From: a virus
Taxonomy: Duplodnaviria > Caudoviricetes
Virus record (IMG/VR): IMGVR_UViG_3300021255_001460
Location: 26,107 to 90,106 of that record
Direction: 5' to 3' (one strand)
DNA length: 64,000 nucleotides
Position 1 is the stretch's first letter. Each line of letters starts with the position of its first letter. A model generated the notes under the pieces. It worked only from the letters and a program-made list of their open reading frames with translations. It was not told where the DNA came from and searched no databases. Shown piece after piece: positions 43,651-53,420 of this stretch. The position numbers and the translations under genes were made by a program.

Positions 43651-44067
43651 TTATTTCTGGATACGAGCCGCCTTCTCAATGACTTCCATTTTGCTTGCGG
43701 GAAGATCAAGCTTCTTTGCGTATTCGTAAATGTTCGCAATCACAACCATATCATGGATGCTACCCAGCCACTTACGAATATTGTCGGCACTTGCCCTCAG
43801 ATGCTTCTTGAGTTCATCTTCGCTCATAAAAGCGGCGTTCTCTTTGACATCGATGTTCTGCTCTTCGATTACCTGTTTCTCGACCGCAACATCTGCCACC
43901 CGGACATGTCCTTTGGCGAAGCTGTCGCAGATAGAACATGCATAATCAATATCATCCTTGCTCATTCTGGTAAAAGAGCGGGGCTGGATGATGACCTGAG
44001 TGCCGTCCATCTTGGGCAGACCGATGATACAGTTCGTAGTGTTATTCACTCGAATCAGTTCACTCAT
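43651..44067 (-). CDS. Hypothetical protein downstream of the capsid gene
   Basis: SD AGGAG; 138 aa. Confidence 0.65.
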   Translation of the reverse strand: MSELIRVNNTTNCIIGLPKMDGTQVIIQPRSFTRMSKDDIDYACSICDSFAKGHVRVADVAVEKQVIEEQNIDVKENAAFMSEDELKKHLRASADNIRKWLGSIHDMVVIANIYEYAKKLDLPASKMEVIEKAARIQK

Positions 44068-44146
44068 GATGTAATTCCTTTCTCCTTAAAAAACCAAGGG
44101 GGTTGGCATCTCGCCATTCCCCCTTGATCGAGGTCATAGATTAATC

Positions 44147-45169
44147 TTACGCTCTGGTGTCGTGGAACACGCTCATGTAAGGACGGTCGCCGTACACAAT
44201 GCCAGCGCCGAATTCCTGATCGAGGCGTACTTCCCAAGTCTTGTCGTCGATGTTCTGACCTTCCATAGACACAACATCGCCAGCAATGTGGATCTTCAGA
44301 GGCCGCATCTCAGGATCAACAGCGCGAGGCAGGATATACAGGTTCTTCGTGGACAGGGCGGGAGTATCAGTGCCAGCCAGATACGGGTTGGCAAGAGTTA
44401 CAACATCCTGACCCTTATAACGTCCGATGAAACCAAACATGTTCTGCTCTTCGATAATACCGTTAGCGAACTGCACAGTAGCAGGAGAATTCACGGTAGC
44501 GAATCCGGTCAGGGCGGCAAGTTCAGAAGTCTGAGCAATATCGCCAAGGATGGTCGCGCCACCCATTCTTGCCCAGAACTGGACAACGGGATCGAGCAAC
44601 TGAGCATTCACACCAGCCCCACTCACATAGTAAGGAGAAGCCATAGCGGTTGCATTGTACTGGGAGTCGAGAACGTTGCCGATGTAGCCCAGCATAGCAT
44701 TTTCCATTTCAATGCCAGCGCGGACAACCATCTTGGGCAGGTTAGCCACATTGCGGATCAGTTCGGAATAGTTCACAGCAGGACGAGCAGAAACCGCAAC
44801 AGTGTCCAGAATTACGTTCTTGGAAGCCATGCGGCTACGAGGCGTGGTAGCATCCAGCGCCTGAATATAAGCATGTACGCCTTCCAGTTCAGCCTTGAAG
44901 ACAGGATGATCACCAGCGGCGGTACGCTTGGTATCAGCAATCCGGTCGAGGAAATCAGTGCGCGGCTGGAGATAATCGGTCACAGCATAGCCGATCAGCT
45001 GTGCCATCAGATAACGGTTGTGCGGATTGGGATTCTCAGCCAGCATCTTGATGGTAGCTTCCCAGTTGGCACGGACTTCGGAATCAATCTTTTCGTTATT
45101 GGACTGGGCAACCAGTACCTTTACGACATTGTCATCGCGGACAATCCGTTCAATCTTCACATTTTCCAT
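44147..45169 (-). CDS. Major capsid protein
   Basis: 340 aa; follows the protease/scaffold and decoration genes; followed by the hairpin AAGGGGAATGG...CCAACCCCCTT. Confidence 0.8.
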   Translation of the reverse strand: MENVKIERIVRDDNVVKVLVAQSNNEKIDSEVRANWEATIKMLAENPNPHNRYLMAQLIGYAVTDYLQPRTDFLDRIADTKRTAAGDHPVFKAELEGVHAYIQALDATTPRSRMASKNVILDTVAVSARPAVNYSELIRNVANLPKMVVRAGIEMENAMLGYIGNVLDSQYNATAMASPYYVSGAGVNAQLLDPVVQFWARMGGATILGDIAQTSELAALTGFATVNSPATVQFANGIIEEQNMFGFIGRYKGQDVVTLANPYLAGTDTPALSTKNLYILPRAVDPEMRPLKIHIAGDVVSMEGQNIDDKTWEVRLDQEFGAGIVYGDRPYMSVFHDTRA

Positions 45170-45183
45170 TTCTCTTCACCTCA

Positions 45184-45633
45184 TTAACCTGCGGCTTTCA
45201 CGAATACACCATTAGCGCCAGCGTTCACAATGTCGCCGACGTTCAGGGATTCGTACAGTGCCTGAGTAACATCCTTGTAGATTTCGTCACCCTTCAGCGG
45301 CTGACGCATACGGACATAACCGCCAGCAGGAATCTTCCACTGGGTACGGTCACCCGGCAGATCCGCATCAAGAGTGCAGATGGTATGGTTGAACCACAGG
45401 CCAGCATCAGCTTCGGCGATCACAACAGCGCCGATCATGTACATACCATGCTCTTTGCGCTTTTCAACAACCTGAAGCTTCAGATTGGTATTGGCAGAGG
45501 CAAGCGGAATAACCTTGCCGCTGGCATTCAGTTCTACGAAAATGCCGTTTTCAAGTTCGGCATTAGCAACATAACGGCCTTCATAAACAGCGCCGTTATT
45601 AGCCTTGAAATATCCCCACATATTAATTGCCAC
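45184..45633 (-). CDS. Capsid decoration/minor head protein
   Basis: 149 aa, between the scaffold and MCP genes. Confidence 0.6.
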   Translation of the reverse strand: MAINMWGYFKANNGAVYEGRYVANAELENGIFVELNASGKVIPLASANTNLKLQVVEKRKEHGMYMIGAVVIAEADAGLWFNHTICTLDADLPGDRTQWKIPAGGYVRMRQPLKGDEIYKDVTQALYESLNVGDIVNAGANGVFVKAAG

Positions 45634-45639
45634 CTCTCA

Positions 45640-46851
45640 TCAATAAATGACATGTTTGACCATAGCGGAAACGGGGTTGTTTAATTTGGCATCCGGTAAG
45701 GTCATTTCGGAAACCAGCATTCCGACCTGTTCGTCGGGCTTGGCTTCGAGATTCATTTCAGCAAGCAGTTCAAAGTTCGCGCTGTTCACAGCTTCTGCAA
45801 CCTTCTCAGCATTGAGATCCAGCCCAGATTTTTCCGCAAACAGCCTTGCCTTGCCCACACGTTCAGCCAACTCGAGAGCGGCCTTTTCAGCACGGAGGGC
45901 TTCAAGTTCTGCCTGAAGCTGGTTAAGAGTTGCAAGCTGTGCTTCCAGTTCGCAAATCCTATTCTGCTGTTCACTGATCTGATTCATTGCACGAGTAAGT
46001 TCATCCTCATCGTCGGGTTTGTCCGGTTCATCCACTTCAGGTTCTTCATGTTCCGGTTCTTCCGGTACGATGGGATTGTCTTCGGCGGTCGCTTCAACAG
46101 TTTCAGCATTCGCATTTTCAGCATTCGCGTCAGCGGCATTCACGTTAACTTCGGTTTCAGCGTTTGCTACTTCAGCGGCTTCAGGTTTAACTTCCTCTGC
46201 AACAGTCTGCATGTTTTCGTTTTCCATTGGTTGACTCACTTCCTTGTCGTCTGCTTTCTGCTCCGCGACAAGATCCAAAGCAGTTGCCTCGTCAAACGCA
46301 GGATGAGTGACCACACACATTCCGGTCAGCACATTCTGCGGATTCGCGTCAATATACATGACATCGCCCACACGGATCACACCAGACGGATACACGTATT
46401 TGATCTCGCACGAAAAATTCAGCATTCCAAGTCGGTACAGTTCAAGTACCGCATCACAAATCTGCTTTTCCCTCTTGGGTATTCGTGCTTGTCCATAGAG
46501 GCTCACACCATACTGATCATTGACTTTCTTGAAAGTGATAAAGCTTCCAATCATTGTCGTTCCGTATGTAAGCGTCAGTTTGTCGTACATGTGTGTCAGT
46601 TGATCAAACTTCCATGCAGTCAGATTATCAACATCGGCGTACAACGGAATGCCGCACAACATTTCAGCATTGGCAATAACCGAATCAATAAATGCTTCCG
46701 TTACGCCCTCACCATTGTTGTTGGGTTGCGTACTCATCATACGAAGGTCAATGACCATCATCGGGTTGTTTGGATCTCTTGTCACAGATATGTCAGACGC
46801 TTGCAAATATAGTGTTTGAGAAACCACGTTTGTCTGAATCGTCTGATCCAT
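45640..46851 (-). CDS. Prohead protease/scaffold-like protein
   Basis: N-terminal beta domain (NNNGEGV, GIPLYAD, HPAFDEATAL), acidic linker, coiled-coil C-terminus. Confidence 0.7.
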   Translation of the reverse strand: MDQTIQTNVVSQTLYLQASDISVTRDPNNPMMVIDLRMMSTQPNNNGEGVTEAFIDSVIANAEMLCGIPLYADVDNLTAWKFDQLTHMYDKLTLTYGTTMIGSFITFKKVNDQYGVSLYGQARIPKREKQICDAVLELYRLGMLNFSCEIKYVYPSGVIRVGDVMYIDANPQNVLTGMCVVTHPAFDEATALDLVAEQKADDKEVSQPMENENMQTVAEEVKPEAAEVANAETEVNVNAADANAENANAETVEATAEDNPIVPEEPEHEEPEVDEPDKPDDEDELTRAMNQISEQQNRICELEAQLATLNQLQAELEALRAEKAALELAERVGKARLFAEKSGLDLNAEKVAEAVNSANFELLAEMNLEAKPDEQVGMLVSEMTLPDAKLNNPVSAMVKHVIY

Positions 46852-46940
46852 TGGACTTCATCCTTTATACTGCGCTATTAGGAGGACTAGCCAGTATTCG
46901 GTATATTTAAAAAGCCTCGCCCGTAATTGAGCGAAGCCTT

Positions 46941-48548
46941 TTATCCAGTTTGTGCCTGAGATCCTTCAGGGTTACTTGGTTTGGGTTGTCTTCCTGTCTG
47001 GGAATTGGTCGGGTCGCTCTGCCGCACAGAAACATCAAGTGTAGGTCTGCCACGCTCCGCTTCCGCTTCGCTATCGTTGCCGCCAGAAGAATTACTGGTC
47101 GCGCCAGTTTCCTCAACAGAAAGAATCTTGTCGATGCCGTTAGCCTTTTCATCCTTCTTGCGCTCGACTTCCTGCTTCATATCAAATCCATGAGTCTGGA
47201 GCAATGTTTCGCGGCTAACAACACCTTTGTCATACAGTGTGCGGCAGATCTCCTGAAACTGTTTACTTCCGTTCAGATCAACTGGTGGGAAGGTAAACTC
47301 AGGGATCTTGTCTGGCGATCCGTGAGCAATACCCCGGAAACCCGGTTCGTTCAGCCGCCTGTTGATCTTGTTCATCATGTTGCAGAACAGATCACGGGCA
47401 ACCTTGATCCTGATAGCCGCCGTCTGCATACTCACCTGTGCTGTTGCAAAGGTTGAGGATGAAGATGTGTTGCCGCTCACCATGATCTCGGAAATACCAC
47501 CAGCCGCCAGAATCTGCTGGTTCACACTGTTGTACTTTTCATAATGGAACAGTTCGTCAAGGTCGGGCTGAATAAAGTCGGCCTGTGCCCAAGTGTTTGT
47601 TACCACAAGAGCAGATCCGGTCATGGCTTTCTTGAAGCCTTCCTTAATGGCGTTCAACTGTTCGTTATTCGGTAGCACCTGTCCGTCCTTGTCGCCATAG
47701 CGCACATGAACGAAAGACCGCATACCAAGCCGCAAGTTGGCATCTTCCCAGTCGCTGATCTTGCGCTTCTTTGCCAGCGGCATTAAAGCGGAAGCAATCA
47801 TCGGCACTGAGTATTTCTGCCACTCTTCTTTCGGCTCTTGTAATGTGAACGTGTGTCGGGGATCAAGCTGAACCCAAGGCATACTGTTTCGTATAGCCAT
47901 CGCAATCTCGGGCGGGTAACCACATAGCCTGACAGAAAGATCTTTATCATCGATCACATTGTTGGCGGTGGTGAAACTATCAAAGCCAAGATCGTTGACT
48001 ACCGACATGACATCGTACTCGAGAACAGGTTCTCCACCGATTGCCACGCCACAAATCCTTATATTATGAGGCGGCAGTGTAATTAATCTGCCGTCATCAA
48101 AAAGATAAGAATACACATTGGAATACTTGAAATACTGCGTAAATACAGACAACCTGTAGTTCGTGAAGTTGTGCTGTTTGTAATACGTCATGTATTTCTT
48201 CTTGGTCGCCTCGTCAGCGCCCACAAGCTTCGGATCATCGGCACAGGCGAAAGGTATGTAAACCTCGCGCAGAATGCCACGGTAGATCGAATCATAATCG
48301 TAGTAGTAATCACTCAGTTTGAACAGCCTGTTGATGTTGTGCTGTTTGTCTCTGAGGATTGCGTCATAATCTGTATCTTCGATCTATCCAACCTGTGCGA
48401 CCCGGTTCTCGGAGAAAGTCAGCGTGATATCGTTGTCACTCACCACGCCAAGATCTTTCCGTGCAGTAGGCATCCCAGTGGTATTTGTGCCAGTGCTGAT
48501 CTGAGGTGTTCTTGTGAACAAACTCGCCAGCCTCGGGAATATTGCCAA
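46941..48548 (-). CDS. Portal protein (~535 aa) with an in-frame TAG at codon 55 (48384-48386)
   Basis: SD GAGGAG and TTG at 48548; reads ...SENRVAQVG*IEDTDYDAILRDKQHNINRLFKLSDYY..., in frame with the track ORF; directly downstream of terL. Confidence 0.82.
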
Positions 48549-48567
48549 CGGTGTTCACGCTCCTCTC

Positions 48568-50313
48568 TTACATGTAATCGACCAGAACGATGCATTCGTC
48601 TGACGATCCACTTCTATATTTTCTAGTCCTCTCGTCTTCAAGATCCGCAATAAAAGCGAGTCCGTAAGACAATGAGGAATAACGGTCTTTATGCTGGGTG
48701 GATTTGGCAGTGCCAATAATCGGGTAACCGCTTGCGCTAGGCCGCGACACAATGTTGCCCATCTCGATCTGGAGCGCATCTGCTTCGTACAGGATTGCGA
48801 TCTCCTCGGTAGTTAACTTGTGGCGGTTATCCTCGCCCTCTTCAATGATTGTGCCGTCCTTCGATACGGTAACACGTTCGGTTGAAGCATCAGCGATCTT
48901 GCCGTTAACCAAGCGCCGCGACTCAACTGGCAGTTCCAGCGTACCCTTCTCAAGCGCAATCGTGGTCACGTTCACACACTTCTGGTTGAACGCATTGTTT
49001 GCATCGATTGCTCTTAACAGCGGCACAGCGTTCTGAATGGAATAAGGATCTGTATCAAGTACCAGCGGCGGGTACTCCTTGCCAGTATTTGGATCAAGCC
49101 AAGGCTCGGAAAGGAACTGAGGGAAAGCGTTGCCCACACCATGATGGTCGAATACGACTTTAATGGTTCGCGGGAACTTCACCAGTAGCCGCCTCAATTC
49201 ATCTGCCAACATGGTCAACGTGTAACCGTGATAGGTTCGCATGTAAACCAGCTTTCGCTTGATGAATCCTTCGCCAGCATCAATCAGCTTGATAATACTG
49301 ATTGCGGTATTGTCAGCAGAGGTCGCACCTGACACAGCAATATCGATTGCTATTACGTAGTCGGCCTTGCTTCCTGCTGGCATCGCCACTTCCACTTCTT
49401 TTAATGTGCGGCACTTCTGTGTCTTCTCATACGGGAACAGACTGCCCGACTCCGCACCAAGGAAGATGGACTCATATTCTGTCATCCACTTCTCTTCGGT
49501 CATGCGCTCTTTCTGATCCAAGAACCACTCTCGCGAGGTGATCCCGATTCGTGCAGAGCATTCCCAGTTCAGCGCACAGGCGAACACTCCGTCGCTCCGT
49601 TTGGTAGGATCGGCGATTCGCTTGAGTGCGTCGGTAAACTTATCGTAGAAGTGGTTGCTCTTCAGACAGGCTGATGTGATACTGCACACCGCAGAAGGAT
49701 GATCCTTGAAGCCGTGCTGAATTGCCACGCCGCGAGTTGTGTTCAGAACGGGCAGTGCAACAGCTTCCCAGTCTGCCGCATTGACTTCCGGGGCTTCGTC
49801 TATGATTAACAGCTTGGCACGGTTGCCACGGAATGTGCCGATGGAGAACGATTCAATAATCGAACCATTCTTCAGCACACAGCGCCCCTTGGCTCGTGTT
49901 AAGCTGACAGGACGGCGACCGCCGCTACAATTGATCTCACGCAACACGTTTTCGTTGCGAATGAAATCAGACTCGATCTTACGCAGAACCAGTGTCGCCT
50001 GTTCGCCAGTGCCAGAGATAACAGCCACCATGCTCCCGGGCCACAGCACTGCGTATGCGAGGCAACATACTGCCACCACCCAAGTCTTGCCAGCGCCACG
50101 GTTGTTGACCATCAGAACTTCTTTGCCGTTGCCAATCATCCGCGCCTGAATCTTTTGGGTGTCTTTTAACTTTATCTTGAAGTACTGTTCGATAAAGACA
50201 TCAAGATGCGTTCGCCAGTAATGAATCAGGAGTGCGACCGCCTGTGGATCTTTGATCTCATGACCGTTAATGCTCGGCTTAATCTTGCCGCTCTATAAAG
50301 CTTGCGAAATCAT
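48568..50313 (-). CDS. terL: Terminase large subunit (~581 aa) with an in-frame TAG at codon 7 (50293-50295)
   Basis: ATGA overlap with the upstream gene; MISQAL*SGKIK...YWRTHLDVFIEQYFKIKLKDTQKI, Walker A RGAGKT, Walker B LLIIDEA, nuclease IAIDIA and HKDRYSSL. Confidence 0.92.
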
Positions 50314-51203
50314 AAGACAGCGCCCACCGCCTCTTCAACATGGCGATAGTCTTCCAAGATCTTATCCACATCGTCGGGTGGAAACTCAACACCCTCGAAG
50401 TTATCCGGTGTCAGTACATCGATCTCTTCAAGCCACTCGGCAATCTCGCCCAGCGAATCAAATGAACCGCTATCATTGTTCCTCTTGGAAGCGGGAGCAA
50501 TGTTTGCAGTCTTCATCAGATCGTTGAACACGTTCTTGGCGGTTTCCCACTCTTTCAGCGTTGCCTTGCCCTGACACATCTGGTTGTATACATGGTCGGT
50601 AAAGACCTGCGCTTTAACGATCTGCCGCACATAAGTATCCTGCACGGGATCGTCCTTCAATGTGTCGTCCGGGTTGTAGCGCTTATACACATCATTCAGA
50701 ATCTGAAGGTAATCTTGTGAGAAGAAGCCGCCCCATTCAGGACTATAGATTTTCTTTTCCGCTTCGGTTGCCTCGTCAGCTTTCGGCGCTACATCCTCTT
50801 CGGTGTAACTTTTATCCTGATGATTTACGTAGCGGTAGTAGGCTTTGCCGTTCATTATCCCGAAGAATGCTTGAGCCGCAACATGGTTGAAGATCTTCAG
50901 CCTGTTCGCCTCATTGGCCTCGAGGTATTCAGCATCGGTCGCCACCTTGTACTGGGCTTTTGTAACCAGCGTGTTCCACCAGTTATCATTCCACAGTCTG
51001 TTGTTGTCGTGGCAATAAACTTGCAGATCCTCGAGCGAATTGACATACTTGTTCGCACAATCTTTGCACCAAGCATCATGGTACGACTGCGACTGCCAAT
51101 CCTGATTCTTGTAGAAATCTGTTAGCGGAAGCACTTTTCCGCACCGCACACATAGCTTGCTTGGCACTTTTGCTTTTACTGTTTCCTTTGCTACTCGCGC
51201 CAT
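50310..51203 (-). CDS. Zn-finger protein upstream of terL (small-terminase position)
   Basis: CVRCG...WCKDC motifs; translationally coupled to terL. Confidence 0.55.
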   Translation of the reverse strand: MARVAKETVKAKVPSKLCVRCGKVLPLTDFYKNQDWQSQSYHDAWCKDCANKYVNSLEDLQVYCHDNNRLWNDNWWNTLVTKAQYKVATDAEYLEANEANRLKIFNHVAAQAFFGIMNGKAYYRYVNHQDKSYTEEDVAPKADEATEAEKKIYSPEWGGFFSQDYLQILNDVYKRYNPDDTLKDDPVQDTYVRQIVKAQVFTDHVYNQMCQGKATLKEWETAKNVFNDLMKTANIAPASKRNNDSGSFDSLGEIAEWLEEIDVLTPDNFEGVEFPPDDVDKILEDYRHVEEAVGAVL

Positions 51204-51229
51204 ATAATTCCTCTCGCCTTGTTTATACT

Positions 51230-51272
51230 AAAAAACACTACAACACTGCTTGGGATTACAGTGTCGTAGTGT
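51230..51272 (-). terminator. Intrinsic terminator just upstream of the packaging genes
   Basis: ACACTACGACACTG-TAATCCCAAG-CAGTGTTGTAGTGT-TTTTT on the minus strand. Confidence 0.65.
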
Positions 51273-51480
51273 TGTAGTGTAGTGTTATTGGCAGGTAAAT
51301 TTGAAAGGAGATGTGGAGGACTAACCATGAGTAAGGCTGGCGCAATCCCAATTTTGTAGCCAGCACGTAACAATCAATCTATGTGGCGGCTTGAACCGAT
51401 TCATTCCACCGCCAGAATTTTGACACATGTTTCAGTGCGGTATAGCTTCTATATACTCGCCAGTATGGCGCTATACAAGC

Positions 51481-51783
51481 TTAAAAAATATTCCACCAGT
51501 ACTCCGAAGCCCTGTGGTAGTAGCCCGGAGTCGCGGTGAAATCAATGTCCTGTCGCCGCATTTTTCGATTGCACATTTTCTTCACATAACCAGTGAAGCG
51601 GCTTTTGCTCCGATGCAGGACAAGACCTTTGATGTTGCCGTGCCTGTTTGTTCTTTCCGCAAAGTAGAAGTTTGGTCGCCAGAGATAGCCGTCAAACATT
51701 GTGGCACATTCGACCATTGCTCTCTTCTTTTTGCGGTTCATTAATCTGCGGTACGCTCGACCACTTTTTCGCACGACAATCAC
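51481..51783 (-). CDS. Small basic hypothetical protein
   Basis: SD GAGGT and GTG; Arg/Lys-rich. Confidence 0.55.
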   Translation of the reverse strand: MIVVRKSGRAYRRLMNRKKKRAMVECATMFDGYLWRPNFYFAERTNRHGNIKGLVLHRSKSRFTGYVKKMCNRKMRRQDIDFTATPGYYHRASEYWWNIF

Positions 51784-52065
51784 CTCAAATATTTAAATGC
51801 CGGGTGTGCAGTAGGCATATGTATTTCGATATGCTTGGAATCACACGAAGCCCGCGCGGATTTCACACCGTTGTTAAGCAGATAACGTACAACTCGTCCA
51901 GCGTCTGCCTCGACTCGCTGACCGGGTCACCTACGAAGTCACTTGCTCCGCATCTCTCTTAGCCGTTGTACGTGTCGGAGTTCGGCCTCCGGGCGTTCCG
52001 CTTACCGGGTAGCTATTGTCTTACAGTCTTTCAATACTTGACTACCGACATTAAATAATATTATG

Positions 52066-52163
52066 TACGGGGAGTGGGATTCGAACCCACAAGAATCAGG
52101 TGAAAGTGCCTGATTTTACTGGGATTTTAGAAATCCTTGACTTTGCCGTTTGCCTATCCCCGC
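52066..52163 (-). tRNA. Amber suppressor tRNA (anticodon CUA), class II, leucine-type body
   Basis: GCGGGGA TA GGCAAACGGCAAAGTC A AGGAT-TTCTAAA-ATCCC [30-nt variable arm, stem AATCAGG/CCTGATT] GTGGG-TTCGAAT-CCCAC TCCCCGT A. G1.U72, A73, A15:U48; CCA is not encoded. Confidence 0.9.
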
Positions 52164-52196
52164 TTGAGCCGCAACAAATATAATTTGCGGCTTTGT

Positions 52197-53390
52197 TTAT
52201 TTCACCTTAATTGGGTACACGCACCGTCTGCCATACCCATTTTCGATCACCATCGCAGTAGCACCCGGACATGCCCCACGCTCCAAGCTTTGTGCGTACT
52301 TATCAATGCCGCACAAAGAAGGAACACGGACAATGGTCGAGTGACCGTCTGGTGAAGTACCAACCGAAAACTCTGCGTCGTTGTGGAGATGCCCAACCAC
52401 AAAGTAATCAATTGGTTCACCATATAGGTTGATGCTGTCACGAGCCAGATCAGTAAGTGTCTTGCCACTGATACTGTCGCCATGCATCAACATAAATTTG
52501 TAGCCGCACACTTCGACCAGTTTACGCCGCTCACAATCGGAACAGATCTCAATATTGTCTATTCCATCCAGCCGCGCTTTCAAGTACCAGATAACGATAC
52601 GCTCGAGGTTCTCATCCTCGAATTCGCGCGATTTGGCTCGGAGTGGTCGGACTTCAGAATGGTTGCCGCTCACAGCGTAAACCTTAATCTGAGTTCCAAA
52701 TCTGGCTAAGTGTTTCAGCCACAACGCAAGGTGTTCGCCAAGTTTCATTACCTGATCGACAATGCCGTACTCAAGTCGCGTCAGTTGACTTTGCCGCAAC
52801 ATTCCATCAATCAGGTCGCCTACGAGGAAGATGTTCATGGTGGCAATCTTTTCTTTTCCAAGAATCAACTCAGTCTGCATCGCCACTTGCAACATCCGGT
52901 GAACGAATATATCTGAGTTGTACACGTTCATCTTCTCGCCACGTAAGCCGCGCACTTCAATGTCCGCACCAAAGTGAAAGTCTCCAAGGGCAAGAACAAG
53001 TTCTTTGGATTCAGCTTTGGATTCGACTTTGCTTTCAGCTTCGCGACTGGCGGCTTCAAACTCTCCCCGCAAGTCAGGCATTGCTTTCGCGGCTCGTTCA
53101 ATAGCGTTTGCTAATTCTGTTCGCCGCGCATCGCTTCTGCGGTAAGCCATAACTTCATTACGAAGATCACGGAGTGTCTGCTCTTTCGCGAAGTTGTCGC
53201 CTTCGCACCGCATCACTGCATCCGCAAGCATTACTCCAACGCCAGCCTTCCGCAGTGTATCGGGGCTGACATCAAGGTGGTACTTCTCTACAAGATCAGC
53301 CCACTCATATTCTGTCAGACCATTCTTCTTTGCCACAATATCTTCAACGAGCAAAGCCTGATCTTCTCGTGTAAGTTCTGTCTAAAGCAT
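52197..53390 (-). CDS. Calcineurin-like metallophosphoesterase with N-terminal helical domain; in-frame TAG at codon 3 (53382-53384)
   Basis: LGDFHFG, VGDLIDG, SGNH, MHGD and VGHLH motifs; SD GAGGT then ATG CTT TAG ACA GAA..., in frame with the track ORF. Confidence 0.8.
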
Positions 53391-53420
53391 CCTTCAACCT
53401 CGCGTTCCTCTTATGCCAGC

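Noticed and set aside
52066-52163. Reading the tRNA as tRNA-Pyl, tRNA-Sec or tRNA-Leu(UAA)
   Set aside because: tRNA-Pyl has a tiny variable loop and G73. Sec needs UCA. A UAA reading would need C33 and an unpaired 3' stem, whereas CUA gives U33 and four Watson-Crick pairs.
1849-53384. In-frame TAGs as pseudogenisation or sequencing error
   Set aside because: All ten are TAG (never TAA, TGA or a frameshift), all lie within 55 codons of the start, most are in essential genes, and a matching CUA tRNA is present.
1849-53384. Standard phage code 15 (TAG=Gln throughout)
   Set aside because: TAG is absent from gene bodies, the tRNA lacks a Gln-type short variable loop, and several contexts need a hydrophobic residue. 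Not formally excluded without alignments.
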